Shown piece after piece: positions 1 to 8,608 of a stretch of 64,000 nucleotides of DNA. The notes under the pieces are model-generated. The model did not search any database and was not told the origin of the DNA. It saw only the letters and a program-made list of their open reading frames with translations. The first letter of the stretch is position 1. Each line of letters begins with the position of its first letter. Source of the stretch: an uncultured Rhodospirillaceae bacterium (lineage in GTDB: Bacteria; Pseudomonadota; Alphaproteobacteria; Dongiales; Dongiaceae); contig CADEFF010000003.1 of the NCBI GenBank assembly GCA_902826565.1, positions 42,588-106,587 of the forward strand, written 5' to 3'. Position numbers and translations under genes: made by a program.

Positions 1-716
1 AATCGCCGGTGATGGTGTTCGAGGACGCGGACCTCGCGACCGCGACGGACGGCGTCGTCAGCGGCATCTTCGGCGCAAGCGGCCAGAGCTGTGTCGCCGG
101 ATCGCGGCTCTATGTGCAGGAGAAGATCGCCGACCGCCTGCTCGCCGAGCTCGTGGATCGCGCGAAATCGATCAAGATCGGCGATCCGCTCGCGGACACG
201 ACACAGATGGGGCCCCTCGCCACGCTGGGGCAGCTCAACCGCATCGAGGCCGCCGTCAGCATGGCGCAGAAGGAAGGCGCCCGTCTCCTGCATGGCGGCA
301 AGCAGCCGGCGCAGTTCAACGAAGGCTGGTTTTACGAACCGACCATCCTCGAATGCCCCGACCAGAAGCTCGGCATCGTCGATACCGAGCTCTTCGGGCC
401 CGTCCTGAGCGTGCTTCGCTTCAAGGACGAGGACGAGGTCGTGCGTCTCGCGAACGACACGCAATATGGCCTGGCGTCGGGCGTCTTCACCAAGGATGTC
501 GGTCGCGCCCTCAGGGTCGCCGAGCGCACCCAGGCGGGCGCCGTGTGGATCAATACCTACCGGATGGCCTCGACGCTGGCGCCGTTCGGCGGCTTCAAGA
601 ACAGCGGCTATGGGCGCGAGGGCGGCATGCAGTCGATCTACGACTACACCCGCTCCAAGACGATCTGGATCAGCACCTCGAGCGAACCGGTCGCGAACCC
701 GTTCGTGATGCGCTGA
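1..716 (+). CDS. Aldehyde dehydrogenase family protein, C-terminal part (5' end lies outside the window)
   Basis: Track ORF 9..716, with the frame open to the window edge. It has the ALDH catalytic-Cys region GASGQSCVAGSRLYV and the C-terminal NTYR..PFGGFKNSGYGREGG block. It is a paralog of CDS 4731..6215; both end in PFVMR. Confidence 0.9.
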   Translation, partial: SPVMVFEDADLATATDGVVSGIFGASGQSCVAGSRLYVQEKIADRLLAELVDRAKSIKIGDPLADTTQMGPLATLGQLNRIEAAVSMAQKEGARLLHGGKQPAQFNEGWFYEPTILECPDQKLGIVDTELFGPVLSVLRFKDEDEVVRLANDTQYGLASGVFTKDVGRALRVAERTQAGAVWINTYRMASTLAPFGGFKNSGYGREGGMQSIYDYTRSKTIWISTSSEPVANPFVMR

Positions 717-910
717 TGCCGGCCGGCGAAGGCCCCCGGGCGTCGAGGCCGCGGAGGCACGCAGGATCGTCGCCGCGCGCGTCCCGGGAACTTCCACGGC
801 GATGGCACGTTTTTCACCGAGCCGGCCGACCTACGGGATCTCCGCTTCGACGTCGCATCGCCGGCCGCCATTGAGGAAACGAGATCGACCGTCACGGCAC
901 GGAGCGATCG

Positions 911-2365
911 ATGCCCGATTCGCCGAAGATCCCCGAAACGCGACCGCTCGTCGAAACCGACACCCCGGCAAGGCTCGACCGCCTGCCCTGGGGCCGCTTC
1001 CACAGCCTCGTGGTGATCGCGCTCGGCATTACCTGGATTCTCGACGGTCTCGAGGTGACGCTGGCGGGGTCGGTCGCGGGCGCGCTGCGCGAAAGCCCGA
1101 CGCTGCATTTCGTCAGCGCGGATATCGGGTTCATCGGCAGCGCCTATCTGGCGGGCGCCGTGCTCGGCGCGCTCTTCTTCGGCGGGCTCACCGACAGGCT
1201 CGGACGCCGCACCCTCTTCTTCGTCACACTGCTCCTCTATATGAGCGCGACGACGGCCACGGCCTTCGCCGATAGCCTCTGGAGCTTCGCGCTGTTCCGA
1301 TTTCTGACCGGCGCCGGAATCGGCGGCGAATACAGCGCGATCAACTCGACCATCCAGGAGCTGATCCCCGCCCGCGTCCGGGGATGGACCGATCTCGTCA
1401 TCAATGGCAGCTTCTGGGTCGGTGCCGCCATCGGCGCGGCCGGATCGATCTATCTGCTCGATCCCGCGGTCCTCGGCGGCGATCTCGGCTGGCGCGCTTG
1501 CTTCCTGATCGGCGGCCTCTTCGGCCTGCCGATCCTGCTCATGCGGTTCTGGATTCCGGAAAGTCCACGCTGGCTCGTCACGCACGGCCATGCGGGGCGC
1601 GCAGCGAAGGTCGTCGAGACCATCGAAACGGATTTCCATCGCCGCGGCTTTCGCCCCGGGCCGGCGCCGCTGCCCTCGATCCGGCTGCGCGACCGGCGGT
1701 CTACCAGCCTCGGCGAAGTCTTCAGGACGCTCTTCCACACGCACCGCCAGCGAGCGCTTGTCGGCCTCAGCCTGATGACGGCGCAGGCGTTCTTGTACAA
1801 CGCCATCTTCTTCACCTATGCGCTGGTGCTGACCACCTTCTACGGCGTGCCCGCGGCCGAGGTGGGCTGGTACATCCTTCCCTTCGCGCTCGGAAACGTG
1901 CTGGGGCCGATCCTGCTCGGACGCTTCTTCGATACGATCGGCCGGCGCCGGATGATCGCCTTCACCTACGCGATGTCGGGGCTGCTGCTCGCCCTGACCG
2001 GCTGGCTCTTCCAGCAGGGCATGCTCGACGGCACCAGCCAGACGGTCGCCTGGATGGCGATCTTTTTCTTTGCGTCGGCGGCCGCGAGCTCGGCCTATCT
2101 CACGGTGAGCGAAACCTTCCCGCTCGAGATCAGGGCGCTCGCCATCGCGATCTTCTATGCGATCGGCACCGGCATCGGCGGCATCGCGGCGCCCTATGTC
2201 TTCGGGCTGCTCATCGAAACCGGCTCGCGCGACCGCCTGCTGCTGGGATATCTCTTCGGCGCCGCGCTCATGATCGCCGCCGCGGCGATCGCGGCCATCT
2301 GGGGAGTGGCGGCGGAGCGCAAGCCGCTGGAGACGGTGGCCAGGCCGCTATCCGCCGCCGATTGA
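911..2365 (+). CDS. MFS transporter (metabolite:H+ symporter-like)
   Basis: 484-aa ORF with about 12 hydrophobic segments. MFS loop motif GGLTDRLGRRTLFF, and PESPRWL after TM6. Confidence 0.85.
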   Translation: MPDSPKIPETRPLVETDTPARLDRLPWGRFHSLVVIALGITWILDGLEVTLAGSVAGALRESPTLHFVSADIGFIGSAYLAGAVLGALFFGGLTDRLGRRTLFFVTLLLYMSATTATAFADSLWSFALFRFLTGAGIGGEYSAINSTIQELIPARVRGWTDLVINGSFWVGAAIGAAGSIYLLDPAVLGGDLGWRACFLIGGLFGLPILLMRFWIPESPRWLVTHGHAGRAAKVVETIETDFHRRGFRPGPAPLPSIRLRDRRSTSLGEVFRTLFHTHRQRALVGLSLMTAQAFLYNAIFFTYALVLTTFYGVPAAEVGWYILPFALGNVLGPILLGRFFDTIGRRRMIAFTYAMSGLLLALTGWLFQQGMLDGTSQTVAWMAIFFFASAAASSAYLTVSETFPLEIRALAIAIFYAIGTGIGGIAAPYVFGLLIETGSRDRLLLGYLFGAALMIAAAAIAAIWGVAAERKPLETVARPLSAAD

Positions 2366-2386
2366 CGCGCGCTCGCGCGGCCCCCT

Positions 2387-3535
2387 TCAGTCGATCGTGC
2401 GGGTCACGATCCAGCTCGCGAGCTTGCTGACGCAGGGCTCGAGATGCGAGAACCGGCCCGGCCGGTAGCGGCCGGTCTCCATCCCGTCCTGCTGGCGCTC
2501 CAGCACGACGATGTCCTCGTCCATCGAGACCTTCCACCGCGTCCGGTAGGCTTCGAACCTGGCCTCGAAATCCGGCCGCGCGAGCGTCGAGGGCGGCACC
2601 AGCATGGTCATCGCGACGTTGGTTTTCGCGGGTCCGTCCGGATAGATCTCGAAGAACCACATGCAGTCGATCGTGCAGGCGAAGGCGAAGGACGGGTAGA
2701 GCAACACATAGCGCGTACCCAGCTCGCTCGGCTTCAATCCCGCGATGGGCGGCAGCGCCTTGTGGCGCTCGTCGGTCAGGAGCGCGCTCGTCCCCTCATG
2801 GGTATCCCAGATGGTGACGAAATCGCCATTCACCCCATCGGCCACTTCGGGCGCGTGCGAGGCATAGGTGCCGGCGATCGAGTTCTTGTGAACCGCGTTG
2901 AGGTGGTAGTCCTCCATGAAAACTTCGATGAAGAGCTTCCAGTTGCAGTTCACGGTGAATTCGCGGCTGCCGCCGATCCGCATGTTCGGCAGGTCGTAGC
3001 AGTCGAGCAGCGTGTCGAGCTCGCCGACCGTATCCTCGAAGGCGGGTCCGCCCGGCTCCAGCCGGACGAAGATGAAGCCCTGCCAGATCGCGATCTCGAA
3101 CTCGGCGAGGCCATATTCGCGCTTGTCGAAGCCCTCGGTGCGATCCATGTTCGGCGCCCCGCGCAGGCTGCCGTCGAGGCCGTAGCCCCAGCTATGGAAC
3201 GGGCAGAGGATACCGTTCACCCGGCCACTGCCCTTCAGCAGCACCATGCCGCGATGGCGGCAGACATTGTTGAGGGCACGCAGCTTCCCGTCCTGGCCGC
3301 GGATCAGGATCACCTTCGTGCCGCCGAGCTCGACGGTGCGGTAATCGCCGGCGTCGGGCAGCGCGTTCTCCCGTCCGACGCAAACCCACGACCGCGAAAA
3401 AACGCGCTCGATCTCGCGCCGGTGGAACGCCGGATCGGTGTAGCACCAGCCGGGTAGCGGCTCCGCCTGCAGCGGCGGGCGCGTGACCTTCGCGTAGCTC
3501 TTGCGATCGAAGATCGCCGCGTCGGGGTAGGCCAT
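2387..3535 (-). CDS. Rieske [2Fe-2S] ring-hydroxylating oxygenase, alpha subunit (alpha-only type)
   Basis: 382 aa. Rieske motif CRHRGMVL..(17)..CPFHSWGY. The C-terminal catalytic domain carries an EDYH-like mononuclear-iron motif (MEDYHLNAVH). Confidence 0.85.
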   Translation of the reverse strand: MAYPDAAIFDRKSYAKVTRPPLQAEPLPGWCYTDPAFHRREIERVFSRSWVCVGRENALPDAGDYRTVELGGTKVILIRGQDGKLRALNNVCRHRGMVLLKGSGRVNGILCPFHSWGYGLDGSLRGAPNMDRTEGFDKREYGLAEFEIAIWQGFIFVRLEPGGPAFEDTVGELDTLLDCYDLPNMRIGGSREFTVNCNWKLFIEVFMEDYHLNAVHKNSIAGTYASHAPEVADGVNGDFVTIWDTHEGTSALLTDERHKALPPIAGLKPSELGTRYVLLYPSFAFACTIDCMWFFEIYPDGPAKTNVAMTMLVPPSTLARPDFEARFEAYRTRWKVSMDEDIVVLERQQDGMETGRYRPGRFSHLEPCVSKLASWIVTRTID

Positions 3536-3586
3536 CGTCAGTCTCCGTTGTTCAGTTCCGGGGCAATTTCGGCCCAGGGTCGTCGA

Positions 3587-4717
3587 TCACATGGGGAACA
3601 GATGCAGGTCCGCCGCGCGCCAGGCGGCATAGGCCTCCTGGTCCGGCGCGAGCGGCGTCACCGGCGCCCGACCGAAGAACTCCCGGATGGAGAGCGCCTG
3701 TCCCCATTCCGTGGTGACGCTATATTGCACGCTCTCGCCAAGAAAGGTGCATTCCCGGACCCGCACCTTGATCTGGCAATCCGTCTCCGGATGTCCCGGC
3801 CGTTCCAGCAGCCGCATCCGCTCGGGCCGGATCATCAGCGAGATCGGCTTGTCCGTCCCGGACGCAACGGAGGTCCGGATCTCGCAGACGCTGAGGTCCG
3901 GAAGGCGGACGGCGCAGCTCTTGCCGTTCGCGGAAGCGACCGTGCCCGCAATGAAATTGGAGTTGCCGATGAAGCCTGCGACGAACGGGGTCTTGGGGGC
4001 ACCGTAGAGCTCGGCGCCGGTTCCCACCTGCTCGATGCGGCCGTGGCTGAAGACGGCGATGCGGTCGCTGAGGCGGAGCGCCTCCTCCTGGTCATGGGTG
4101 ACATAGAGGACCGTGACGCCGGTCTCGCGGTGGATGCGCCGGATCTCCTGCTGGATCTCCTCGCGGAGACGCTTGTCGAGCGCGGCCAGCGGCTCGTCCA
4201 TCAGGAGGAAGCGCGGACGATAGACGAGCGCGCGGGCGAGCGCCACGCGCTGCTGCTGTCCGCCCGAGAGCTGATGCGGCTTCCGCGCGGCGTAGTCCTC
4301 GAGCCGCACGAGCCGGAGCGTGTCGCGAACGCTCGTTTCGATCTCCGCCTTCGGCCGCCGCCGCACCGACAGCGGAAAGGCCACGTTCTCGAACACCGTC
4401 AGGTGCGGGAAGAGCGTATAGCGCTGGAACACCATGCCGATGTTGCGCTTGTGCGGCGGCACGGCGAGCACCGACTTGCCGTCCACCAGCACATCGCCGC
4501 TCGTCGGATCCTCGAAGCCGGCGACGATGAAGAGCGTCGTCGTCTTGCCGGAGCCCGAGGAGCCGAGGAAGGTGACGAACTCGCCTTCCGATACCTCCAG
4601 CGACACGCCGTCCACGGCCGCGGTCGCACCGAAGCGCTTCACGAGGTTGCGCAGGCTGACGACGCCCGTTCCCGGCGGGGCATGGACCGAAGGCGATGGC
4701 GGGCGGATATCCGTCAT
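3587..4717 (-). CDS. ABC transporter ATP-binding protein (PotA/spermidine-putrescine type)
   Basis: Walker A GSSGSGKTT, signature LSGGQQQRVALARAL, Walker B LLMDEP. The C-terminal TOBE-like extension is typical of PotA/MalK-type importer ATPases. Confidence 0.9.
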   Translation of the reverse strand: MTDIRPPSPSVHAPPGTGVVSLRNLVKRFGATAAVDGVSLEVSEGEFVTFLGSSGSGKTTTLFIVAGFEDPTSGDVLVDGKSVLAVPPHKRNIGMVFQRYTLFPHLTVFENVAFPLSVRRRPKAEIETSVRDTLRLVRLEDYAARKPHQLSGGQQQRVALARALVYRPRFLLMDEPLAALDKRLREEIQQEIRRIHRETGVTVLYVTHDQEEALRLSDRIAVFSHGRIEQVGTGAELYGAPKTPFVAGFIGNSNFIAGTVASANGKSCAVRLPDLSVCEIRTSVASGTDKPISLMIRPERMRLLERPGHPETDCQIKVRVRECTFLGESVQYSVTTEWGQALSIREFFGRAPVTPLAPDQEAYAAWRAADLHLFPM

Positions 4718-4730
4718 TCTTCCGTAAGCC

Positions 4731-6215
4731 TCACCGCATCACGAACGGGTCGCCGACCGGGGCGGTCGAGCTGTTGATCCAGACCGTCTTCGTCCGGGTG
4801 TAGTCGAGCAGGCTTTCCTGCCCGGCCTCGCGGCCGAAGCCGCTCGATTTATAGCCGCCGAAGGGGGCGATCGGCGAGACCGCGCGGTAGGTGTTGATCC
4901 AGACGATGCCGGCCCGAAGCTGGCGCATGACGCGGAGCGAACGGCTGCCGTCGCGCGTGAAAAGCCCTGCGGCGAGGCCGTATTCGGTGTCGTTGGCGGC
5001 GCGGATCGCGGCGGCTTCGTCGGTGAAGCGGAAGGCGCTCAGCACCGGCCCGAACAGCTCTTCCCGGGAGGCGGTCACGCCGCCCTGCGGGCAGGCGAGG
5101 ATCGTCGGCTCGTAGTACCAACCCTTGGAAAGGGCAGCCGGCCGACAGCCGCCATTGAGCAAGGTCGCGCCCTCGGTCAGCGAAGCGGCGACGGCCCGCT
5201 CGACATGATCGAGCTGGCCCCGCGTTGCGAGCGGCCCCATCTCGCTCGCATCGTCGAGCGGATCGCCGATGCGGATCCGCTTCGCGCGCTCGGCGACGCG
5301 GCCCATCACCTCGTCGAAGATCCCCGATTGCACGAAAACGCGGGTGCCGGCGACGCAGCTCTGGCCGCTTGCGCCGAAATTCCCCGCGACGATGCCGTTC
5401 GCGGCGCTCTCGGGGTCTGCGTCGTCGAACACCAGGATGGGCGACTTGCCGCCGAGCTCCAGCGTCACGACGGCGAAGTTCTCGGCGCTGTTGCGCACGA
5501 TGTGCCGGGCCGTCTCCGCGCCGCCGGTGAAGGAGATGCGCGCCACCAGCGGGTGCGTGGTGAGCGCCTTGCCGCAGGGGTCGCCGAGCCCGGTCACCAC
5601 ATTGACCACGCCCGGAGGAATGCCCGCCTCGAGGCAGAGCTTGCCGAATTCCAGCAGCGGCGTCGGCGCATGCTCGGACGCCTTCAGCACCACCGCGTTG
5701 CCGGCCGCCAGCGCCGGGCCGATCTTCACGGCGGCCAGCAGGAGTTGCGAATTCCAGGGGATCACCGCCGCGACCACGCCGATCGGCTCGCGCACGGTCA
5801 TGACGAAAAGGTCCGGCTTGTCGATCGGCAGGGTCGCGCCTTCGAGCTTGTCGGCCGCGCCCGCAAAGTAACGGAAATAGTCGGCGACGTAGCGGATCTG
5901 GCTGCGCGTCTCGCGGATGAGTTTGCCGGTATCCCGCGTCTCGACCTTGGCGAGCTCGTCCGCGCGCGATGCGAGAAGGTCGGCGAGACGGTAGAGCGCC
6001 TTGCCGCGTTCCGTCGCGGTGGTGCGCGCCCACGGCCCCTCGGTCATCGCCTGATGCGCGGCGCGCACCGCACGATCGACATCGGCGGCCGAGGCGGCGG
6101 GAAAGCTCGCCCAGGCGGCGCCGTTGGCGGGATCGAGGCTTTCCAGCCGGCGGCCGCCTTCGGCCTCGATCCATTCGCCGGCAATCAGCATGCGATAGGG
6201 GACGATCGCGCTCAT
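4731..6215 (-). CDS. NAD(P)-dependent aldehyde dehydrogenase
   Basis: Track ORF 4731..6929, trimmed to the ATG at 6215 (MSAIVPYRMLIAGEWIE). Motifs LELGGKSP and GASGQSCVAG. The 494-aa length is typical. The start overlaps the stop of the upstream hydrolase in ATGA. Confidence 0.9.
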   Translation of the reverse strand: MSAIVPYRMLIAGEWIEAEGGRRLESLDPANGAAWASFPAASAADVDRAVRAAHQAMTEGPWARTTATERGKALYRLADLLASRADELAKVETRDTGKLIRETRSQIRYVADYFRYFAGAADKLEGATLPIDKPDLFVMTVREPIGVVAAVIPWNSQLLLAAVKIGPALAAGNAVVLKASEHAPTPLLEFGKLCLEAGIPPGVVNVVTGLGDPCGKALTTHPLVARISFTGGAETARHIVRNSAENFAVVTLELGGKSPILVFDDADPESAANGIVAGNFGASGQSCVAGTRVFVQSGIFDEVMGRVAERAKRIRIGDPLDDASEMGPLATRGQLDHVERAVAASLTEGATLLNGGCRPAALSKGWYYEPTILACPQGGVTASREELFGPVLSAFRFTDEAAAIRAANDTEYGLAAGLFTRDGSRSLRVMRQLRAGIVWINTYRAVSPIAPFGGYKSSGFGREAGQESLLDYTRTKTVWINSSTAPVGDPFVMR

Positions 6216-7039
6216 CTTGCGGCCACCGCGACGCCGGGGCGGGCTTCCGCCAGGAAATCCTCGATCAGCATGGCAAGCTCCTCCGGAATTTCGAGCGGGG
6301 TCAGGTGGCGCTGGCCCGGGATGAGATGACAGCGGCCCTCCGGCAGCTTCGCCGCGAGCGCCTCGGCCATGGCCGCCGTCGAGCGCTGGTCCTCGGCGCC
6401 GGTCGCGACCAGCACCGGCATGGCGAGACGATGGATGCGCTCCGCGAGCTCCCGGTCGGCCGTGCCGAACACCGCATAGGCCGCGGCATAGGCTGGCAGG
6501 TCGTTCGCCCGCATGCGCTCCCGCACCGCCGCCAGGATCTCCGGCCGACGGCTGCGAAAGCCGGGGGTGAACCAGCGATCGATCGCGGCCTCGATGCTGG
6601 CGGCATAGCCACCCTTCAGCACTTCGCCGACCCGCGCCTCGATCGCGGCGCGCTCCGCCGGCGAGCGGTCGAACACGCCGTTCAGCAGCACGAGCCGGCG
6701 CACCCTGGCCGGAAAGGCGAGCGCGAAGCCCTGGGCGACGAGCGCCCCCATGGAGAATCCCACGAGATCGGTCGTTTCGACGCCGAGATCGTCGAGCAGC
6801 GTCTCGAGCTGCGTCACGAAATCGGCGAGCCTGTAGGGGCCTTGCGGCTTGGCGCTGCCGCCATGGCCTTGCATGTCGTAGCGGATGACGCTGCGGTCCG
6901 GCGCCAGATGCGCGACCACGGGATCCCACATGGCGAGATCCATGCCGACGCCATGGATCAGCACCAGCGGCTCGCCCTCGCCCTCCCGGCGCAGGCGCGT
7001 GCCATGGATCGTCCGCTCGAGGGCGCCGAGGCCGCTCAT
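6212..7039 (-). CDS. Alpha/beta-fold hydrolase (3-oxoadipate enol-lactonase-like)
   Basis: 275 aa. HG oxyanion motif LVLIHGVG and nucleophile elbow GFSMGA. ATGA overlaps at both ends. Confidence 0.8.
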   Translation of the reverse strand: MSGLGALERTIHGTRLRREGEGEPLVLIHGVGMDLAMWDPVVAHLAPDRSVIRYDMQGHGGSAKPQGPYRLADFVTQLETLLDDLGVETTDLVGFSMGALVAQGFALAFPARVRRLVLLNGVFDRSPAERAAIEARVGEVLKGGYAASIEAAIDRWFTPGFRSRRPEILAAVRERMRANDLPAYAAAYAVFGTADRELAERIHRLAMPVLVATGAEDQRSTAAMAEALAAKLPEGRCHLIPGQRHLTPLEIPEELAMLIEDFLAEARPGVAVAAR

Positions 7040-7635
7040 GCCTTCGGCTGCCCCTCGGTCACGCCCATTTCCTTCATGTCCTGATAGCGGTCGCCGATGC
7101 GCGGATGCATGCGGCCGCCGGTCGAGGCGCCGAGTGCGACGACGATTTCCTCCGGCCCGGGCGCATCGTTGATGGTGAATTCGACCGTCAGATAGTGCGA
7201 GCGCATGCCCGCATCCTTCTTGTGCATCATCGGCACGGCGATGGCGCAGCCCGGCCCGCCGCGCTTGTTGGTGAAGCTCAGATAGGAATCGCCGCCGACG
7301 GCGCTGCGGAAGATATTGCCGAAGCGGAGCGTATGGATCAGCGCCGAGGCATGCTCGATCTCCCCCGCGCTGCCGACCACGGCCGCCTTGCCATAGGCCT
7401 CGACAGCGGCAGCGCCGCCGCAGAGCTCGAGCAGGATCGGCACCATCTTCTCGGCGAGCGGCGGCGCCACGGCAAGGATCTCCGGCCGGAGATTCTCGAC
7501 GAAGCCGCGCCCCGCCCAGGGGTTGCGGACCACCGCCGCCACCGCCGCCATGCGGATCGGGTGCGTGCCGGCCTTGCCGCCCTCGATGAAGCTGTCCTCG
7601 GCATAGCGAACGATCTTGCGAATCTCACCGGTCAC
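7036..7635 (-). CDS. Amino acid synthesis family protein (AA_synth/DUF1185-like), function unknown
   Basis: Track ORF 7036..7782, trimmed to the GTG at 7635, preceded by AAAGGGG. The 199-aa product (VTGEIRKIVRYAEDSFIEGGK...GASTGGRMHPRIGDRYQD) matches my recollection of this family. The start choice is an inference. Confidence 0.65.
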   Translation of the reverse strand: MTGEIRKIVRYAEDSFIEGGKAGTHPIRMAAVAAVVRNPWAGRGFVENLRPEILAVAPPLAEKMVPILLELCGGAAAVEAYGKAAVVGSAGEIEHASALIHTLRFGNIFRSAVGGDSYLSFTNKRGGPGCAIAVPMMHKKDAGMRSHYLTVEFTINDAPGPEEIVVALGASTGGRMHPRIGDRYQDMKEMGVTEGQPKA

Positions 7636-7703
7636 GAACGACCCCTTTTTTTCCCGCCTGCAGCCCGGACCTCGTCGAGGGCCGGATAGCGCGGCGACCT
7701 GAA

Positions 7704-8414
7704 CTAGCGAACGGCGCCTACGCCGCCCCGCTTGATGACATCGAGCGCCGCCGCGCAGGCACGATCCACATGATCCTTGCAAGCGAGCTCTGCGGCATCG
7801 GGATCGCGCCGGACGATCGCCGCCACGATCCGCTGCATCTCGACCAGGCTGCCCGGGGCGCGGCCCGGCTGCGACATCGAGGTCGCGCGCAGGAAGACGA
7901 CGCGGGCATTGAGCGAGCGGATCAGGTCGCGGATCACCGCGTTGCCGCAGCCTTCGAGCAGGACCTCATAGAGCCGGTTGGTCTCGGCGACGATCTCCCG
8001 ACGATCCATGCCGGAAAAGGCCTCGCCGAGGCGTGCCAGCGCCGCTTCCAGCGCCTTTACCTGCGGGTCGGTCGCCCGCTCGGCGAAGAGCCGCCCGGCG
8101 AGACCTTCGAGCGCCCGCCGCACCTCGTAGATCTGCAGCGCCTCCTCGGCCGTGACGGTGGCGACGATCGGGCCCTTGTTCGGCAGATTGCGGACGAGCC
8201 CCTCCGATTCGAGGTGGCGCAGCGCCTCGCGGACGCTGGTACGGCTGACGCCCGTAAGCTCGCAGATTTCACGCTCGATCAGCCGGTCGCCCGGCTTGAA
8301 CCGGAATTCCAGGATCGCATTGCGCAGGATATCGAGCACCTGCTGGCGGAGCGTGACCGAGGCGCGCGCTACCCGAAGCGACGGCAGCGCCTCGCCCTCC
8401 TCCCTATCCGCCAT
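7704..8414 (-). CDS. GntR/FadR-family transcriptional regulator
   Basis: Track ORF 7704..8723, trimmed to the ATG at 8414 (MADREEG), preceded by GAGGTGG. Winged-HTH block ICELTGVSRTSVREALRHLESEGLV, with a FadR-type (FCD) C-terminal domain. Confidence 0.85.
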   Translation of the reverse strand: MADREEGEALPSLRVARASVTLRQQVLDILRNAILEFRFKPGDRLIEREICELTGVSRTSVREALRHLESEGLVRNLPNKGPIVATVTAEEALQIYEVRRALEGLAGRLFAERATDPQVKALEAALARLGEAFSGMDRREIVAETNRLYEVLLEGCGNAVIRDLIRSLNARVVFLRATSMSQPGRAPGSLVEMQRIVAAIVRRDPDAAELACKDHVDRACAAALDVIKRGGVGAVR

Positions 8415-8428
8415 GGTTCCACCTCTTC

Positions 8429-8445
8429 TATAATACGGTATTATA
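8429..8445. promoter_or_regulatory. Perfect 8-1-8 palindrome TATAATAC-G-GTATTATA, candidate GntR operator
   Basis: Read directly from the sequence. It sits 15 nt upstream of the GntR start codon. It contains the GT..AC-type half-sites used by GntR regulators. Confidence 0.45.
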
Positions 8446-8608
8446 CATCTAGCCGGTCGCGTGAAACCGCTCAAGCTCGGTTCGGCCCTCAAGCTCGGCT
8501 CGGCCACGGGGCACCGGCGTTTCGCGCTGCGAGAGAAGATGGCGGTCGGAAAGGCGGGCGGAGCCGGCATTTTGCGCCGCCCCCGCCCCGATTCATGCGG
8601 CGATCGGG

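Noticed and set aside
6216-6929. N-terminal 238-aa extension of the aldehyde dehydrogenase ORF (track 4731..6929)
   Set aside because: The extension is Arg/Gly/Ala-rich, overlaps the alpha/beta hydrolase gene in another frame, and has no homology-like features. The internal ATG at 6215 gives a canonical 494-aa ALDH. Similar read-through extensions were trimmed for 9782..13027, 32842..36528, 45007..47244, 54200..55978, 30005..31486, 22536..23942 and 7704..8723.
8470-8505. Tandem 18-nt direct repeat CTCAAGCTCGGTTCGGCC / CTCAAGCTCGGCTCGGCC between the LLM stop and the GntR start
   Set aside because: There are only two copies with one mismatch, in an intergenic region. It is most simply a local slippage duplication, and I cannot attach a function to it.
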